A DNA stretch of 64,000 bases from Naegleria gruberi (taxonomy: Eukaryota): assembly GCA_000004985.1 (NCBI GenBank), contig GG738857.1; one strand, written 5' to 3'. A program made the translations under genes and the position numbers. Positions 9,708 through 20,706 of this stretch are shown in pieces (the first letter of the stretch is position 1; every line of letters starts with the position of its first letter). The notes beneath the pieces were generated by a model. The model did not search any database. It was not told where the DNA came from and saw only the letters and a program-made list of their open reading frames with translations.

Positions 9708-11516
9708 ATGAGGAAAAAGTCTTCTGCTTCATCCCACCTGTATTATTTTCCGTTGAGTTGTGTAATTCTTGATGGTGCCACTAATTTATTGACCACCATT
9801 GTGGACTCGTTCTCTCAACAAGATTCCACATCTTCAGCAGCAACTGGAAATAACCAAACTTTCAATGATACTTCATCAAATTGTAGCTCGCCATCATTAA
9901 TGACCGTTGACAGTTCAATGACATTTACAGAATATCATGATGGAAGATCGTTCACTGTTCCATGTGTTTATGAACTGAGAGATCGTTTTCAGAGGTTTTT
10001 GAAAGAAACTTCAACTAGGAGAGCTGATGATTATCTCATCAAGTTGCATAAATTAATGTTTTTAGATGAATTTTATGATCCAACAAGGAATAGAAGAAAG
10101 AGAATTGAGAATTGTGAAACATTATTCAGAATGTGTGATCAATATTTGACATTGATTCATATTCAATCAAAAAATTCACTTTCCTTTTCATTATTAGATA
10201 CATTCCCATATTTGTATAACTTTGAAGAAATGCAAAAGATTCAACCTGACAATTCCATTTTGAAAAATCATGAATATTTGGTGAAATGGTTCAGAAAACA
10301 ATCTGAAAATTTAAAGAAATATTTGGCAGAGAAAGCTAATCAAGAAGTATTGAATGGTGGAGAATCCACTTCACCAGTTTCACCAGAGGAATCAACACAT
10401 GACCTAAATGAATCGATGGCTTCTCCAACATTGAGTGGATATATTAATTCTCCAACAAAATCCATACCTGGCATTGAGGAAAAACAAGCAGAACAATCGA
10501 AACTTGCCGATTATTTGGATGAAAATGAATTGAAAATGTTAACATACATGTTGAGTTCTGAATTGGAAGATTACTTTTCACTCTTCCAAAAGTCAAATGT
10601 TAAATACATGAAAAAGTGGTTGGAAAAGAATGTAAAAAGTTTGCCAAACTATATTATTGACACAATATCCAAAAAGAGAAAGAAATATTTACATTATCAT
10701 GAAAATTACAAATTGAGAGAAGAAGATTTGAATATGAAAACAATTCTCGACTCTGATTTTGAATTCATTCAATATTTAGCAGAACATACTGAAGATTGGA
10801 CAATAATGAATTCAGATTCTCCCATCATTCAAAGTTTCAAATCAAAAGAAAACTATTCGAAAATTCCAGATATGAAAATGCAAAAGTTCATTTCAAAAAT
10901 CAATTATTCCATTGAAAATGTCTTGAAAACAACTCTTTGTAACACAGATGAAATTGGTGAAAAGGATAACATGATTGAATGCTCTGAATATCATCACTAT
11001 ACTGAAATTGATCCTTCCGTTTCGAGTAGAAAATATTCTTCAGTCATTCAAACTTCAATTATGAATTATGGATCGATATTTAAGAAACGTTCATTGGAAA
11101 ATGTAATTTCATGTAGGGCAACGTTTTGTGGAGATGAAATACAAGATGCCATTCATCTCTACAAGACATGTTCCTATGTTTCTAATAAGAATGAAGATTC
11201 TAAAGCTCCTGTAAAGATAGTTATTGTTGGAGGGAGAATCTTTTCAAGAATCGATTCGAATAGAACAAAAGTAATTGATGTACGAATGTTCAATGTTGGT
11301 GGAATGTTTTTCAATTCAGATTTTGTAGTGCACAAACTTTCGTCCAAGAAAATGCTAGACGATACTTTGGAATATTTGGAAAAATCAATGAAGAAATCAG
11401 AAAAGGAAGGTTTCCCAATGCCACAATCTGATAAGCATTTTATTTGGAAAACTTTTGCAGATTATTGTAAAGTTCATTGTAAAGTAAATGTTGAATTGAA
11501 ATGGGAGAAAAACTAG
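9708..11516 (+). CDS. Hypothetical protein, tandem paralogue A (C-terminal ~200 aa possibly START/Bet v1-like)
   Basis: Uninterrupted 602-aa ORF, colinear with the next gene. The START-like idea rests only on the spacing of W/hydrophobic/R-K patterns (DWTIMNSDSPII...FKKRSLENV...VIDVRMFNVGG) and is weak. Confidence 0.6.
   Translation: MRKKSSASSHLYYFPLSCVILDGATNLLTTIVDSFSQQDSTSSAATGNNQTFNDTSSNCSSPSLMTVDSSMTFTEYHDGRSFTVPCVYELRDRFQRFLKETSTRRADDYLIKLHKLMFLDEFYDPTRNRRKRIENCETLFRMCDQYLTLIHIQSKNSLSFSLLDTFPYLYNFEEMQKIQPDNSILKNHEYLVKWFRKQSENLKKYLAEKANQEVLNGGESTSPVSPEESTHDLNESMASPTLSGYINSPTKSIPGIEEKQAEQSKLADYLDENELKMLTYMLSSELEDYFSLFQKSNVKYMKKWLEKNVKSLPNYIIDTISKKRKKYLHYHENYKLREEDLNMKTILDSDFEFIQYLAEHTEDWTIMNSDSPIIQSFKSKENYSKIPDMKMQKFISKINYSIENVLKTTLCNTDEIGEKDNMIECSEYHHYTEIDPSVSSRKYSSVIQTSIMNYGSIFKKRSLENVISCRATFCGDEIQDAIHLYKTCSYVSNKNEDSKAPVKIVIVGGRIFSRIDSNRTKVIDVRMFNVGGMFFNSDFVVHKLSSKKMLDDTLEYLEKSMKKSEKEGFPMPQSDKHFIWKTFADYCKVHCKVNVELKWEKN
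10044..10325 (+). repeat. Near-identical 282-nt block shared with 12153..12434
   Basis: My by-eye alignment gives 5 mismatches in 282 nt, all synonymous third-position changes. The flanking coding sequence of the two paralogues is far more diverged. Confidence 0.85.
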
Positions 11517-11741
11517 ACAAATAAAAATTAACAGATCACACAATTTAACCAATAGTTGTTTAAAATGGAGGGAAATGTCCATAAATACTTGTTATCATCT
11601 CTTAAACGCATAAATACTATCACATGTCATTTGACTTTTGGCAAGTGTTTGATAAAATTAAGTTTAAAAAAAAATTAGTGAAAAACTAACACATATCCAA
11701 TAAGAGAATCATCTTTTAAAGGTGCGACACCCAATTCTTCA

Positions 11742-13613
11742 ATGAAATCTGCAGTTAAACCTTCATCATCATCCAAACATTTGTATTACTTTCCACTCAG
11801 CACAATTATCGTGGATGGATCAACAAGAAGTTTGTCATCCATGCTTTCTGAGAAAGCCACAACAACAGAAGAGGAAGTTATTAGAAAGTCAATAATGAGT
11901 AGAAGTAAGAGTGTTTCGTCTGCTTCAGGTTCTTTCGGTTCTACTCAACTTACAGTTGGTCCACTCTATACGAATGATTCGTCATCTGGTTGTAGTAGTT
12001 CTCCTTCACAATTAACTATTGATAGCAATGCAACGTTTACTGAATTTCATGATGGAAGATCATTCACGGTTCCATGCATTGTCGAATTGAGAGATCGCTT
12101 TCAACAATATTTAAAGTCAACTAGTGGAAATTCTGGTGATTTCCTATTGAAATTGCATAAATTAATGTTTTTAGATGAGTTTTATGATCCAACAAGGAAT
12201 AGAAGAAAGAGAATTGAGAATTGTGAAACATTATTCAGAATGTGTGATCAATATTTGACATTGATTCATATTCAATCAAAAAATTCACTTTCCTTTTCAT
12301 TATTAGATACATTTCCATATTTGTATAACTTCGAGGAAATGCAAAAGATTCAACCTGACAATTCCATTTTGAAAAATCACGAATATTTGGTGAAATGGTT
12401 CAGAAAACAATCTGAAAATTTAAAGAAATATTTGTCAGAGAAAGCTAGTCAAGAAATTGAAGTTTCCTCTTCACCTGAAGATAATACTGGAATGTTCTTG
12501 TCACCTTCAGTATCATCAACAACACTAAGTTTTGTAAATTCTCCAACATTGTCATTCCCTGGAAGTGATGTTGGACAGCCACTAGAAAAGACAAATCCCT
12601 CTTCTCAATTATTACTAGAATATTTGGATGAAAATGAATTGAAAATGTTAATTTACATGTTGAGTTCTGAATTGGAAGATTACTTTTCACTTTTTCAAAA
12701 AGCTAATCCCAAGTTTGTTAAAAAGTGGTTGGAAAAGAATGTAAAGAGTTTGCCAAACTATATTATTGACACAATTTCCAAAAAGAGAAAGAAATATTTA
12801 CACTATCATGAAAACTACAAATTAACTGAAGAAGATTTGAATATGAAAACAATTCTAGACTCTGATTTTGAATTCATTCAATATTTGGCCGAACATACTG
12901 AAGATTGGAAGATTCTAATGGATTCAAATCCAATAATAGCAGGATTTAAATCAAAAGAAAATTATTGTAAATTTACTGACATGAAAATGCAAAAATTCGT
13001 TACAACGGTCAATTATTCACTGGAAAATGTATTGAAAACCATGTTTGCTAACATTGAAGAATTAGGAGGTAGTGATAACATGATTGAAAGTTCTGAATAT
13101 CATCACTATACTGAAATTGATCCTTCCATTTCGAGTAGAAAATATTCTACTGTAATTCAAACATCATTGTGGAATTATGGATCAATATTCAAGAAACGTG
13201 CATTGGAAAATGTCATGTCATGCAAGGCAACATTTTGTGGAGATGAAATACAAGATGCCATTCATCTCTACAAGACATGTTCCTATGTTTCTAATAAGAA
13301 TGAAGATTCCAAAGCTCCAATTAAAATTATTGTGGTAGGAGGCAGAATATATTCCAAAATAGATTCAAATAGAACAAGAATTGTAGATGTAAGAATGTTC
13401 AATATTGGTGGGATTGTTGGAAACTTTGATTTTGTAACTTCAAACAAGTTGGTAGTGAAAAAGTCAATTGATGGAATTCTAGAATACTTGAAAAAAGCCA
13501 TGACCAATGCAGAAATGGAAGGTTTTCCAGTTCCTGATAGTTCTAAACACATTTGGAGAACACTAGTCGATTACTGTAGAGTGCATTGTAAAGTAGATAT
13601 TTCTAAATGGTAA
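11742..13613 (+). CDS. Hypothetical protein, tandem paralogue B
   Basis: Uninterrupted 623-aa ORF. It shares the N-terminal 'HLYYFPLS..I.DG.T', the central block LHKLMFLDEFYDPTRNRRKRIENCETLFRMCDQYL... and the C-terminal domain with paralogue A. Confidence 0.6.
   Translation: MKSAVKPSSSSKHLYYFPLSTIIVDGSTRSLSSMLSEKATTTEEEVIRKSIMSRSKSVSSASGSFGSTQLTVGPLYTNDSSSGCSSSPSQLTIDSNATFTEFHDGRSFTVPCIVELRDRFQQYLKSTSGNSGDFLLKLHKLMFLDEFYDPTRNRRKRIENCETLFRMCDQYLTLIHIQSKNSLSFSLLDTFPYLYNFEEMQKIQPDNSILKNHEYLVKWFRKQSENLKKYLSEKASQEIEVSSSPEDNTGMFLSPSVSSTTLSFVNSPTLSFPGSDVGQPLEKTNPSSQLLLEYLDENELKMLIYMLSSELEDYFSLFQKANPKFVKKWLEKNVKSLPNYIIDTISKKRKKYLHYHENYKLTEEDLNMKTILDSDFEFIQYLAEHTEDWKILMDSNPIIAGFKSKENYCKFTDMKMQKFVTTVNYSLENVLKTMFANIEELGGSDNMIESSEYHHYTEIDPSISSRKYSTVIQTSLWNYGSIFKKRALENVMSCKATFCGDEIQDAIHLYKTCSYVSNKNEDSKAPIKIIVVGGRIYSKIDSNRTRIVDVRMFNIGGIVGNFDFVTSNKLVVKKSIDGILEYLKKAMTNAEMEGFPVPDSSKHIWRTLVDYCRVHCKVDISKW
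12153..12434 (+). repeat. Near-identical 282-nt block shared with 10044..10325
   Basis: See the partner feature. A second mosaic block (about 10513..10805 versus 12618..12910) is also nearly identical. Confidence 0.85.
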
Positions 13614-13623
13614 ATTAAAATAT

Positions 13624-15363
13624 TTAATCTACATTATTGAGCAACTCGTCCATCTTTCTCTTTTTTGATTGTGATTCCTCTTCGTCTTCTGATTCACTCG
13701 AATAATATTCAGCATATTCGCTATCAGAATCAAATACTTCATCAAACTCCTTAGTTTCCTCTCTGTATCGTTTTGGTTTTGGAATATCATATACTTCACT
13801 TCTTGTACCCCAATAATTAAACCAATCTTTGTATTCCCTCTCATCTAGTTCTTTTACAAGTTTTCTGAGTCTCCAATTTTGTTTCAATCTATTTGAGGCA
13901 TACTCAATGCTATAAGAATTATCCTTCACAGCCTCTGTAACAATTTCTAGATCATCCTTGAATGTATCAGATACATGCTGGAGTACAAATCCATTACCTT
14001 TAACAGTCTCCAAAATAAACTCTCTATCACTTTTCAACTCCTCTGGAATCTGCTGGAAAAGTGCTGAGTTTTTTTTGAGTGCATTCAATAGCATGTTTCT
14101 GTCAACATTACCAAAATCTTTCATTTTCTCTAAAATTAATGGAACATTTTCTCGTGATAAAAGTGTGGCCTTCTTAATGTCATCCTCTCTTTCCATAATA
14201 TATTCTATTGCATTGGTGTGAGTGGATGTTGTCATGGATAGAACTTCCCAGTCATTTTGTAAATCAGGATCAGCATACACAATAGCACTTCCATCATTGG
14301 AAACGGCTGCCAAAACAATTTCCTTATCTGCCTGAAGCTCTTCTGAGGCATATTCCAAAGATAGCCCACAATTTCTTACTGCATTCAATACAATTTCACG
14401 ATCATCTCCATAATCTTCCCAAATATAACTCAAAACTTCTCCATTTTCATTTACACATTCCAAAATGAAATCTCTATCCTGATATAGTTCATCACACGAA
14501 TATTGAATTGCATATGGAAAGGTTTTGATAGCTTCCAAAATGATTTCGTTGTCTCGGAGGAATTCATTGTTCACAAATTGAATAGCCTCTCCATTATTCT
14601 TTAGGGCAAGTAAAACCATTTCTCTGGTTTGATTCTCTGCATAAAACAACATTTCCCCACAATGTCTCACCATACGGCAGAAATCTTTTGTGTTCACATA
14701 AAATGGTTGTCGGAACTGCCAGTCATCCAATGGATTCTGACTATATTTTACAGATATTCTTTGCAGTTCGTCACTGGCATCTAGGTCCAGTTCAAAGATA
14801 TTTAGATCTGGATGCTCTTTTGTTAATCGTTTAAGAAAATCCATATTCGTTTGGTAATGCTGACCAGTCGCAAAAACTCCTGAATTCAAAGCCACGTACT
14901 TTCCCACACTTTGACTGATATAATATTCATCATTTTCCAAATAAGGATCATCAATACATGCAATTTCAAATAGCTCTGTACAAGCATGTCCACATGAATC
15001 CACAAATTGATAAGCTGATCCATCGTTCTTAATAGCTTCCTTACAAACATCATAAGTGACCAAACCATGATCTGAAACACAACTCAGAGCATACCCATTT
15101 TGTTTAACAGCTTCTAACAACAATCCATACTCTACAATTTCATCATCATTGAAATATTCCATTGCCATTCCATTGTGTTGTACAGCTTTTAAAGCAAGCT
15201 TCTCACGAAGATCATCGCTAGCCAAGTCAATCAATTCACAACAATACATGCCAGCCTTTAACATGAATTCTTCATCGGAGCCTAATATTTTCATCATTGA
15301 AGCTTCAATAGGAAAGTCAGAACAAACCGATGGATAATATTCCATGAGCCTCATGTTAATCAT
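13624..15363 (-). CDS. DUF4116-repeat protein
   Basis: 579-aa ORF built from repeated ~30-aa units of the DUF4116 type (ELQADKEIVLAAVSNDGSAIVYADPDLQND; ELKSDREFILETVKGNGFVLQHVSDTFKDD; LEIVTEAVKDNSYSIEYASNRLKQN), with an acidic C-terminal tail. The upstream ORF 15356..15562 (ATG in GAAAAAATG context) may be its true 5' end, but it lies in another frame. Confidence 0.7.
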   Translation of the reverse strand: MINMRLMEYYPSVCSDFPIEASMMKILGSDEEFMLKAGMYCCELIDLASDDLREKLALKAVQHNGMAMEYFNDDEIVEYGLLLEAVKQNGYALSCVSDHGLVTYDVCKEAIKNDGSAYQFVDSCGHACTELFEIACIDDPYLENDEYYISQSVGKYVALNSGVFATGQHYQTNMDFLKRLTKEHPDLNIFELDLDASDELQRISVKYSQNPLDDWQFRQPFYVNTKDFCRMVRHCGEMLFYAENQTREMVLLALKNNGEAIQFVNNEFLRDNEIILEAIKTFPYAIQYSCDELYQDRDFILECVNENGEVLSYIWEDYGDDREIVLNAVRNCGLSLEYASEELQADKEIVLAAVSNDGSAIVYADPDLQNDWEVLSMTTSTHTNAIEYIMEREDDIKKATLLSRENVPLILEKMKDFGNVDRNMLLNALKKNSALFQQIPEELKSDREFILETVKGNGFVLQHVSDTFKDDLEIVTEAVKDNSYSIEYASNRLKQNWRLRKLVKELDEREYKDWFNYWGTRSEVYDIPKPKRYREETKEFDEVFDSDSEYAEYYSSESEDEEESQSKKRKMDELLNNVD

Positions 15364-15973
15364 ATTTAACGTTGAGAAACTTGGTTCTTTCTTGTGATGT
15401 TTCCATCAAGTGTTTTTTCAACAACCTCCGCAGCCATAATTCATCATGATCACCATCACCATCACGATTAGAATATTCCAATAATGATGGATTCGATGAT
15501 GATGTTGTTATTTGATGATGAAAATCTATCAAAGTAATCACAACGTTATCTTGTCGGGACATTTTTTCTTGTTTCTACCAAAGAATGGAAATGTTCACTG
15601 TTGTACATTTGCAGGAACTATTTACACTTGTTTTGTTGCAACATGGGTATCTGTGGTTTTTTTTAAATTAATTATATATATATTTAAAATTATTGTTAAC
15701 GGTACCCAACAGCGCCATTTCTACTATTGGGCAGTCTAGACTACGGCACTGAGTCAATTCTGGTTTCAAATTGTAACAATAATTATTTTAATAATCAATT
15801 CACTTGCTGTAGTAAAATAGAATTTTCAACAGAGTTCAGGTCAACTTGGAAATTTCTAAACGGAATAAATCAATTTCTCCATTGTCGCATCCAGTGAATT
15901 TCACAATCCAACGAAATTCCACTGTATCCACTAATAACATGTCAATAGTTTGGACTGTTCGAAAGAAAAAAAA

Positions 15974-17717
15974 ATGTTACTCACTGCTTTCACCATACTT
16001 TCGTATAGTTTATTGTTTATTCTTTCTGTTGCTTTTCTATTTCTACTGCACAGATATGTAGTTTATAGAAAACATTGTAAAATGGTTTCACATATTCCTG
16101 GTCATTGTCAATTTGTTCCTCCGCCACTTGTCAAATTTATTCCACAATTTTTACGAGATGAAAATTGGATTACTGACATGGGTGATGTTTTTTCATTGGA
16201 TACTTTATTAAACAGCCAGAAGAAATTCAAAACAGATCATTACAAAATGGTCTTTGGATTCTTAAATGCTCCAATGATAATTATTGATAATCCAAAAATG
16301 GGAAAGGAAATTGCAACCAAGAAGAAATTTAAAAAACCAAACATGTTAAAATCAGCTCAAGTTGAACTATTTTCTGGAACTAATATTTTTGTAGAAGATG
16401 AATATCATACTTGGTTACATCAGAGACAATTAATGGATCCAAGTTTTACTCCAGAAAGTTTGAGAATGGTTGCACATGTTACTTCTGAAACTGTTCGAAA
16501 CGATATGATTCCATTTATAGAAAGTAATAGAAATGGAAATGATATTATGGGTGATTTTGCAAAATTAACAATGAATGTTATTGGAATTGCTGGATTTGGT
16601 AAGTTTTTATTGATTATTTTTTATATGATAAATTCGAATTGTAAAAGGTTACAATTTTGATACTTTCAATAATAAGGATGAAAATAGTTTGGAAAAGAAA
16701 TCAGCTCTCTATATTAATTCAATTAATACTTATAGAACTTGTCCAAAAGTTATTAGAAACCACATTAATATTGGATTGTTTGGGAAGGTTAGAGATGCAG
16801 CCACATGTTTCAAACAAGCTATTGGAAAGATTATTCAAAAAAGAGAAATTCATGAAGAAAATGAATCAACTTCAGATGACCAAAAGTCAGACGTCTTGTC
16901 AATCTTATTAAGAGAAAGAAAAACTAAACAGAAAGATGAAAATGGCTCTCTCACCAATGATGAACTAATCTCTAACTCGTTTGTTCTTTTAGTTGCCGGC
17001 CATGAGGTTCGTGTTTTATAATTAATTTTACAAGTATTTTACAAAATATTTGAGACAACTGCAAGAACTCTTGGATTTGCAACTTTTGTGTTGGCAACTA
17101 ATGAAACAGTTCAACAACAAGTTCATGAATTCATTGATGGATTTGTCAAGCAAAATAATGGAAGGGAACATTTCGATTATGATGATTTTGCATCTGGTAA
17201 ATTGGATTATCTCAGAGCTCTATTCCGTGAAACTTTGAGATTATATCCAGTGGCATTGGGTGTTCCAAGAGAGCTCACTTCCAATTCATCAGAATTTAAC
17301 AATGTTTTACTGCCAAAAGGTTCACTAGTTCTCTATTCATGGGCAAATACATTGAGAAATGAGGAATATTGGAAGGATGCCGAAACATTTAATCCTCTCA
17401 GATTTTTGAAAGATGAAGATGAAAGAAGAATGGGTGTTTTTGGTGCATTGCATAATCCACAAACTAATCCATTTGTTTATTCTGTATTTGGAATTGGTGG
17501 AAGAGTTTGTATTGTAAGTTTTTACAACTAATTGAAATCTAATAATACCTTGTAGGGAAGATATTTTAGTGAAGTTGAATCAGTTATTGCTCTTGCCTAT
17601 CTCACAAGAAAGTATTCATTCAAATTGTCTGATCCAAATTATAAGCTTGTATTAAAGACAAGAGTGACACTCTCTCCACAGGACACTATTCTCATTGATT
17701 ATGTTCCTAGAAATTAG
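15974..17717 (+). CDS. Cytochrome P450
   Basis: Four exons: 15974..16598, 16648..17006, 17055..17513, 17556..17717. Introns are 49, 48 and 42 nt, GT-AG and phase-consistent. Splicing restores the I-helix AGHE|TT, the K-helix ETLRLYP and the heme-binding FGIGGRVCI|G motif across exon junctions. An N-terminal membrane anchor is present (LLTAFTILSYSLLFILSVAFLFLL). Confidence 0.9.
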
Positions 17718-17847
17718 ATCAAGAATTGAGAGAGTTATTGTTAAACAATCAGATCAATAAAGTTGTAAAACTCTCAATAGTATCATGTATAATATTTATT
17801 TGATTGTTAAATGGAATAGAATTTCAAGTCTTGTACACCTCTGCTGA

Positions 17848-20068
17848 TCAATCAGATTGTTTATCACGCTTTTTGTTGTAATACTTTTGATAGCACGAAT
17901 TGCAAATCAAACCAAGTCCAATATCTTTTCCCAAATACTTGTTGTAATCATCGATTGTTGTGTAGGAGGTATTATGTTTGCTGGCGAGTGAAGTTGCACC
18001 TCCACAATTTACACATTTTGACAAGTGTTTCTTCAAGGAATTCAAATCTTCATCATTTAAACATTCAATTTCCTCCTCTTCGTCATGATCGTTATATTCT
18101 TCAATTTCATCTCTAGGTCCAGTCCCCAACTCTTCATCCATCTTGTCTTTGCGAATTGGTTTTTGAGTGGCAATTGAAACCACACATACAGTTTTATAAC
18201 CAACTCCGTACTCTTTCAAGTCTGCCTTTACGTTCAATTTTGACGGCCACCTTAAAGAAGTTTCTCTTTTTCTTATAATAGATGTGACTGGCAAGGTAAT
18301 CTTTTTCTAATTGTAATCTTAAATAGAAACAATGTTTGATAGGATCAATACTTCTATCAAAGTAAATCTTCAATCTGGTAAATCTAAGGAATTCTAGGAG
18401 TCCAATCCTTTCACAATTTTCCTGAGTGATGGTTTTAACTTTGTTAATATCAATCAGTGGGCTAAATCTTAATAGGAATAATTCAGTATCTTGTTTAACA
18501 TACATGTCAAACAGTGTACCATTCAACACAAGCTCCTTAATTGTTGAAGTTTTCCCATCCTGCTCTATTTCGCTCTCTTGTATCATAGCTGGGACAAATT
18601 GGTCCTCTGTTTCATTGGTGCTGTTGGTTCCAACAACTGAAGGTTCTTCTTTGAGAATCAAAGGAATTGACGCATTGGATGGGTTGTTATCATCTCTGGA
18701 TTTTAGAGATGATGTAATGATTGATTCAATACCTCTTAGAAGAGCACTACCACCAGAGCTTTCTTCAATAATTTCACATGATTCAACATTCTTATTCAAA
18801 TATTCATCTTTTAGGTAGGGGCTCAATTCTTTTTTAACTTGTTCTAATCTTTCAACTGAAACCATTTTTTCCAAACTTTTTCTAAAATACACTAGCTTGG
18901 TAATGGCTCCACAGAAATATAAGAGTTTAACACCATTGTGAAACATCATCATGGCCAATGGTTTGGTAATCTTCTCGAGTGCTTGTTGAATTTCATCTTC
19001 CAAATCTTGATAATGAGGTGGAAGTTCTTCACTCTCTGGATCATCAAATAGTTCAGCCATAGCTTCACATGGATCAATACCATGCTTGGTAAAAACGTCA
19101 TGAATCAATGAAATGCCACTTGCATTTCCATTCTTGAATGTTACAATCGGTTCCTTCTCTTTCATCTCAAGCATGATAACATCAAGAGTCAGATGTCCTA
19201 AATCAGCAATCATAACACCACTATTACTGACGAGTAAACTGGCATGGACAAAATGCTGCAAACAAGAACTCTCTTCCGTAATGTAGACGTCATTAAGATT
19301 GAGCGTGTTTGATGAAAGTCTTGTAAAGGCATCAAGAATCGCATTTCTATAAATCAACTTTACATAATCTGATGTACCAGTTGGACATGTGAAAAACAAT
19401 GCGCTCACACCATGGAAATATGACTTGTTGCGTGTTTTTTTAGTGGTCAAATTTTTGAAAATGTTTGTAGTAATTAATGAAATTAAATCAGCAACCCTTT
19501 CTCTTCTGCCACCCTTGAACTCAATTTCTAATAACTCTGAGACCATGAACACCTTTTTGATATTCTCAATTTCTTCCCATGATGATGGGGATGTTGAGAC
19601 CTCTTCAGGAGAGCCAGTTTTTACTTCAGGAGAACCAGTTTGGTTGACCCTTATCCAAGATCTACTTGGAAGAAAATCTTTTTTGTCTCCATCAAACCTC
19701 AAGAATCTGCAGAGAAGGTCGGTTCCTTCTTTCGGTACAGTACAATTACATGCCTTAATAAAACTTGAACCCATATCAATATAATAGATTGTCTTTCCAA
19801 TATACTTGGAAACGTTGAATTCTTTTTGGAGAGAAGGAAGATTATCAACTGATTCCAAACTACTTGGTGCAACTTTGGATTTGGTTTGAGTTCTAACGAC
19901 TTGGAAGGCTTCTTGTCCATCGTAAATTACTTGGTGGACATGTTCGTTTATATCCTCAGCTTGATTGTTCTCTTCTGTTTTCTTGTCGGTGGTTGTTTTT
20001 CGTTGTTTTGGCACTGGTTGGTGTTTACAGTCTTTCCTCTTGCTGTTTTTCCTTTTTCTTGCTGGCAT
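17848..20068 (-). CDS. Highly divergent Hsp70/actin-fold (ASKHA)-like protein with acidic linker and C-terminal CxxC...CxxC zinc-finger-like tail
   Basis: Two-exon model: 18331..20068 and 17848..18287, joined by a 43-nt intron 18288..18330 (GTTTCT..CAG, phase 1) that links the two overlapping track ORFs. Degenerate Hsp70-like motifs occur in the right order (YYIDMGSSFIKA; FFTCPTGTSDYVKLIYRNAILDAF; VMIADLGHLTLDV; GGSALLRG). The tail reads CVNCGG...LICNSCYQKY. Confidence 0.45.
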
Positions 20069-20706
20069 GAGTTGTTTTATTTTTTTATCTGTTTTTTATT
20101 TAAATATTTTTTTGAGTTTACAAGAAATTTTGACCAGAACAAAAAAGTTAGTTCCAATGCAACCTCCTTTCCAGCATTTGGTTTGCTTGTTGAGTATACC
20201 ACTACAATACCCTACCAACCGAAACCATCTCGCCGAGACAAGCAATCCAGCTTGTTAGTATCCAAGTTTGCTGTTTGTAAAATTCATAACTTTGCTTTAA
20301 ATCAATCTTGTGGATTTCCGAGAAAGCGAGAACGTTTTTAAACGTAGTAGAATCAAATCATCGTGAAGCTGTTTGTTTTTTCAACTTAACACTATGCACT
20401 TCGTTTTGCTTTAGCCCCTCAGTATTAGGAGTTTGAGTTGTTATTAGTAGTGGTAGTATTCATTAATTAATGAATACTATCTAGAAAGACAAGCGTCCCT
20501 CTGAGCAAGCTCATGTAGTCCTAAAATCTACAACCTTTTTGTTAGTAAAATCACACTTATTTTGTTATTAACAAAACAACATCTTTCTTATCAAAATCGG
20601 AATAATGGTCTTGCTGGACATGATTTTAAGCTCGTTTCCTTTGGAATGATGTTACGTTTTGCTTCAAATCATTCCCTCTCTCAGGAAATCCTGTAGAATG
20701 TTGGTT

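Noticed and set aside
19886-20341. ORFs 19886..20341 and 19965..20258 upstream of the Hsp70-like gene
   Set aside because: They overlap the 5' end of the gene on the opposite strand and its promoter. They are Phe/Leu/Cys-rich products of T-rich sequence and have no ATG context.
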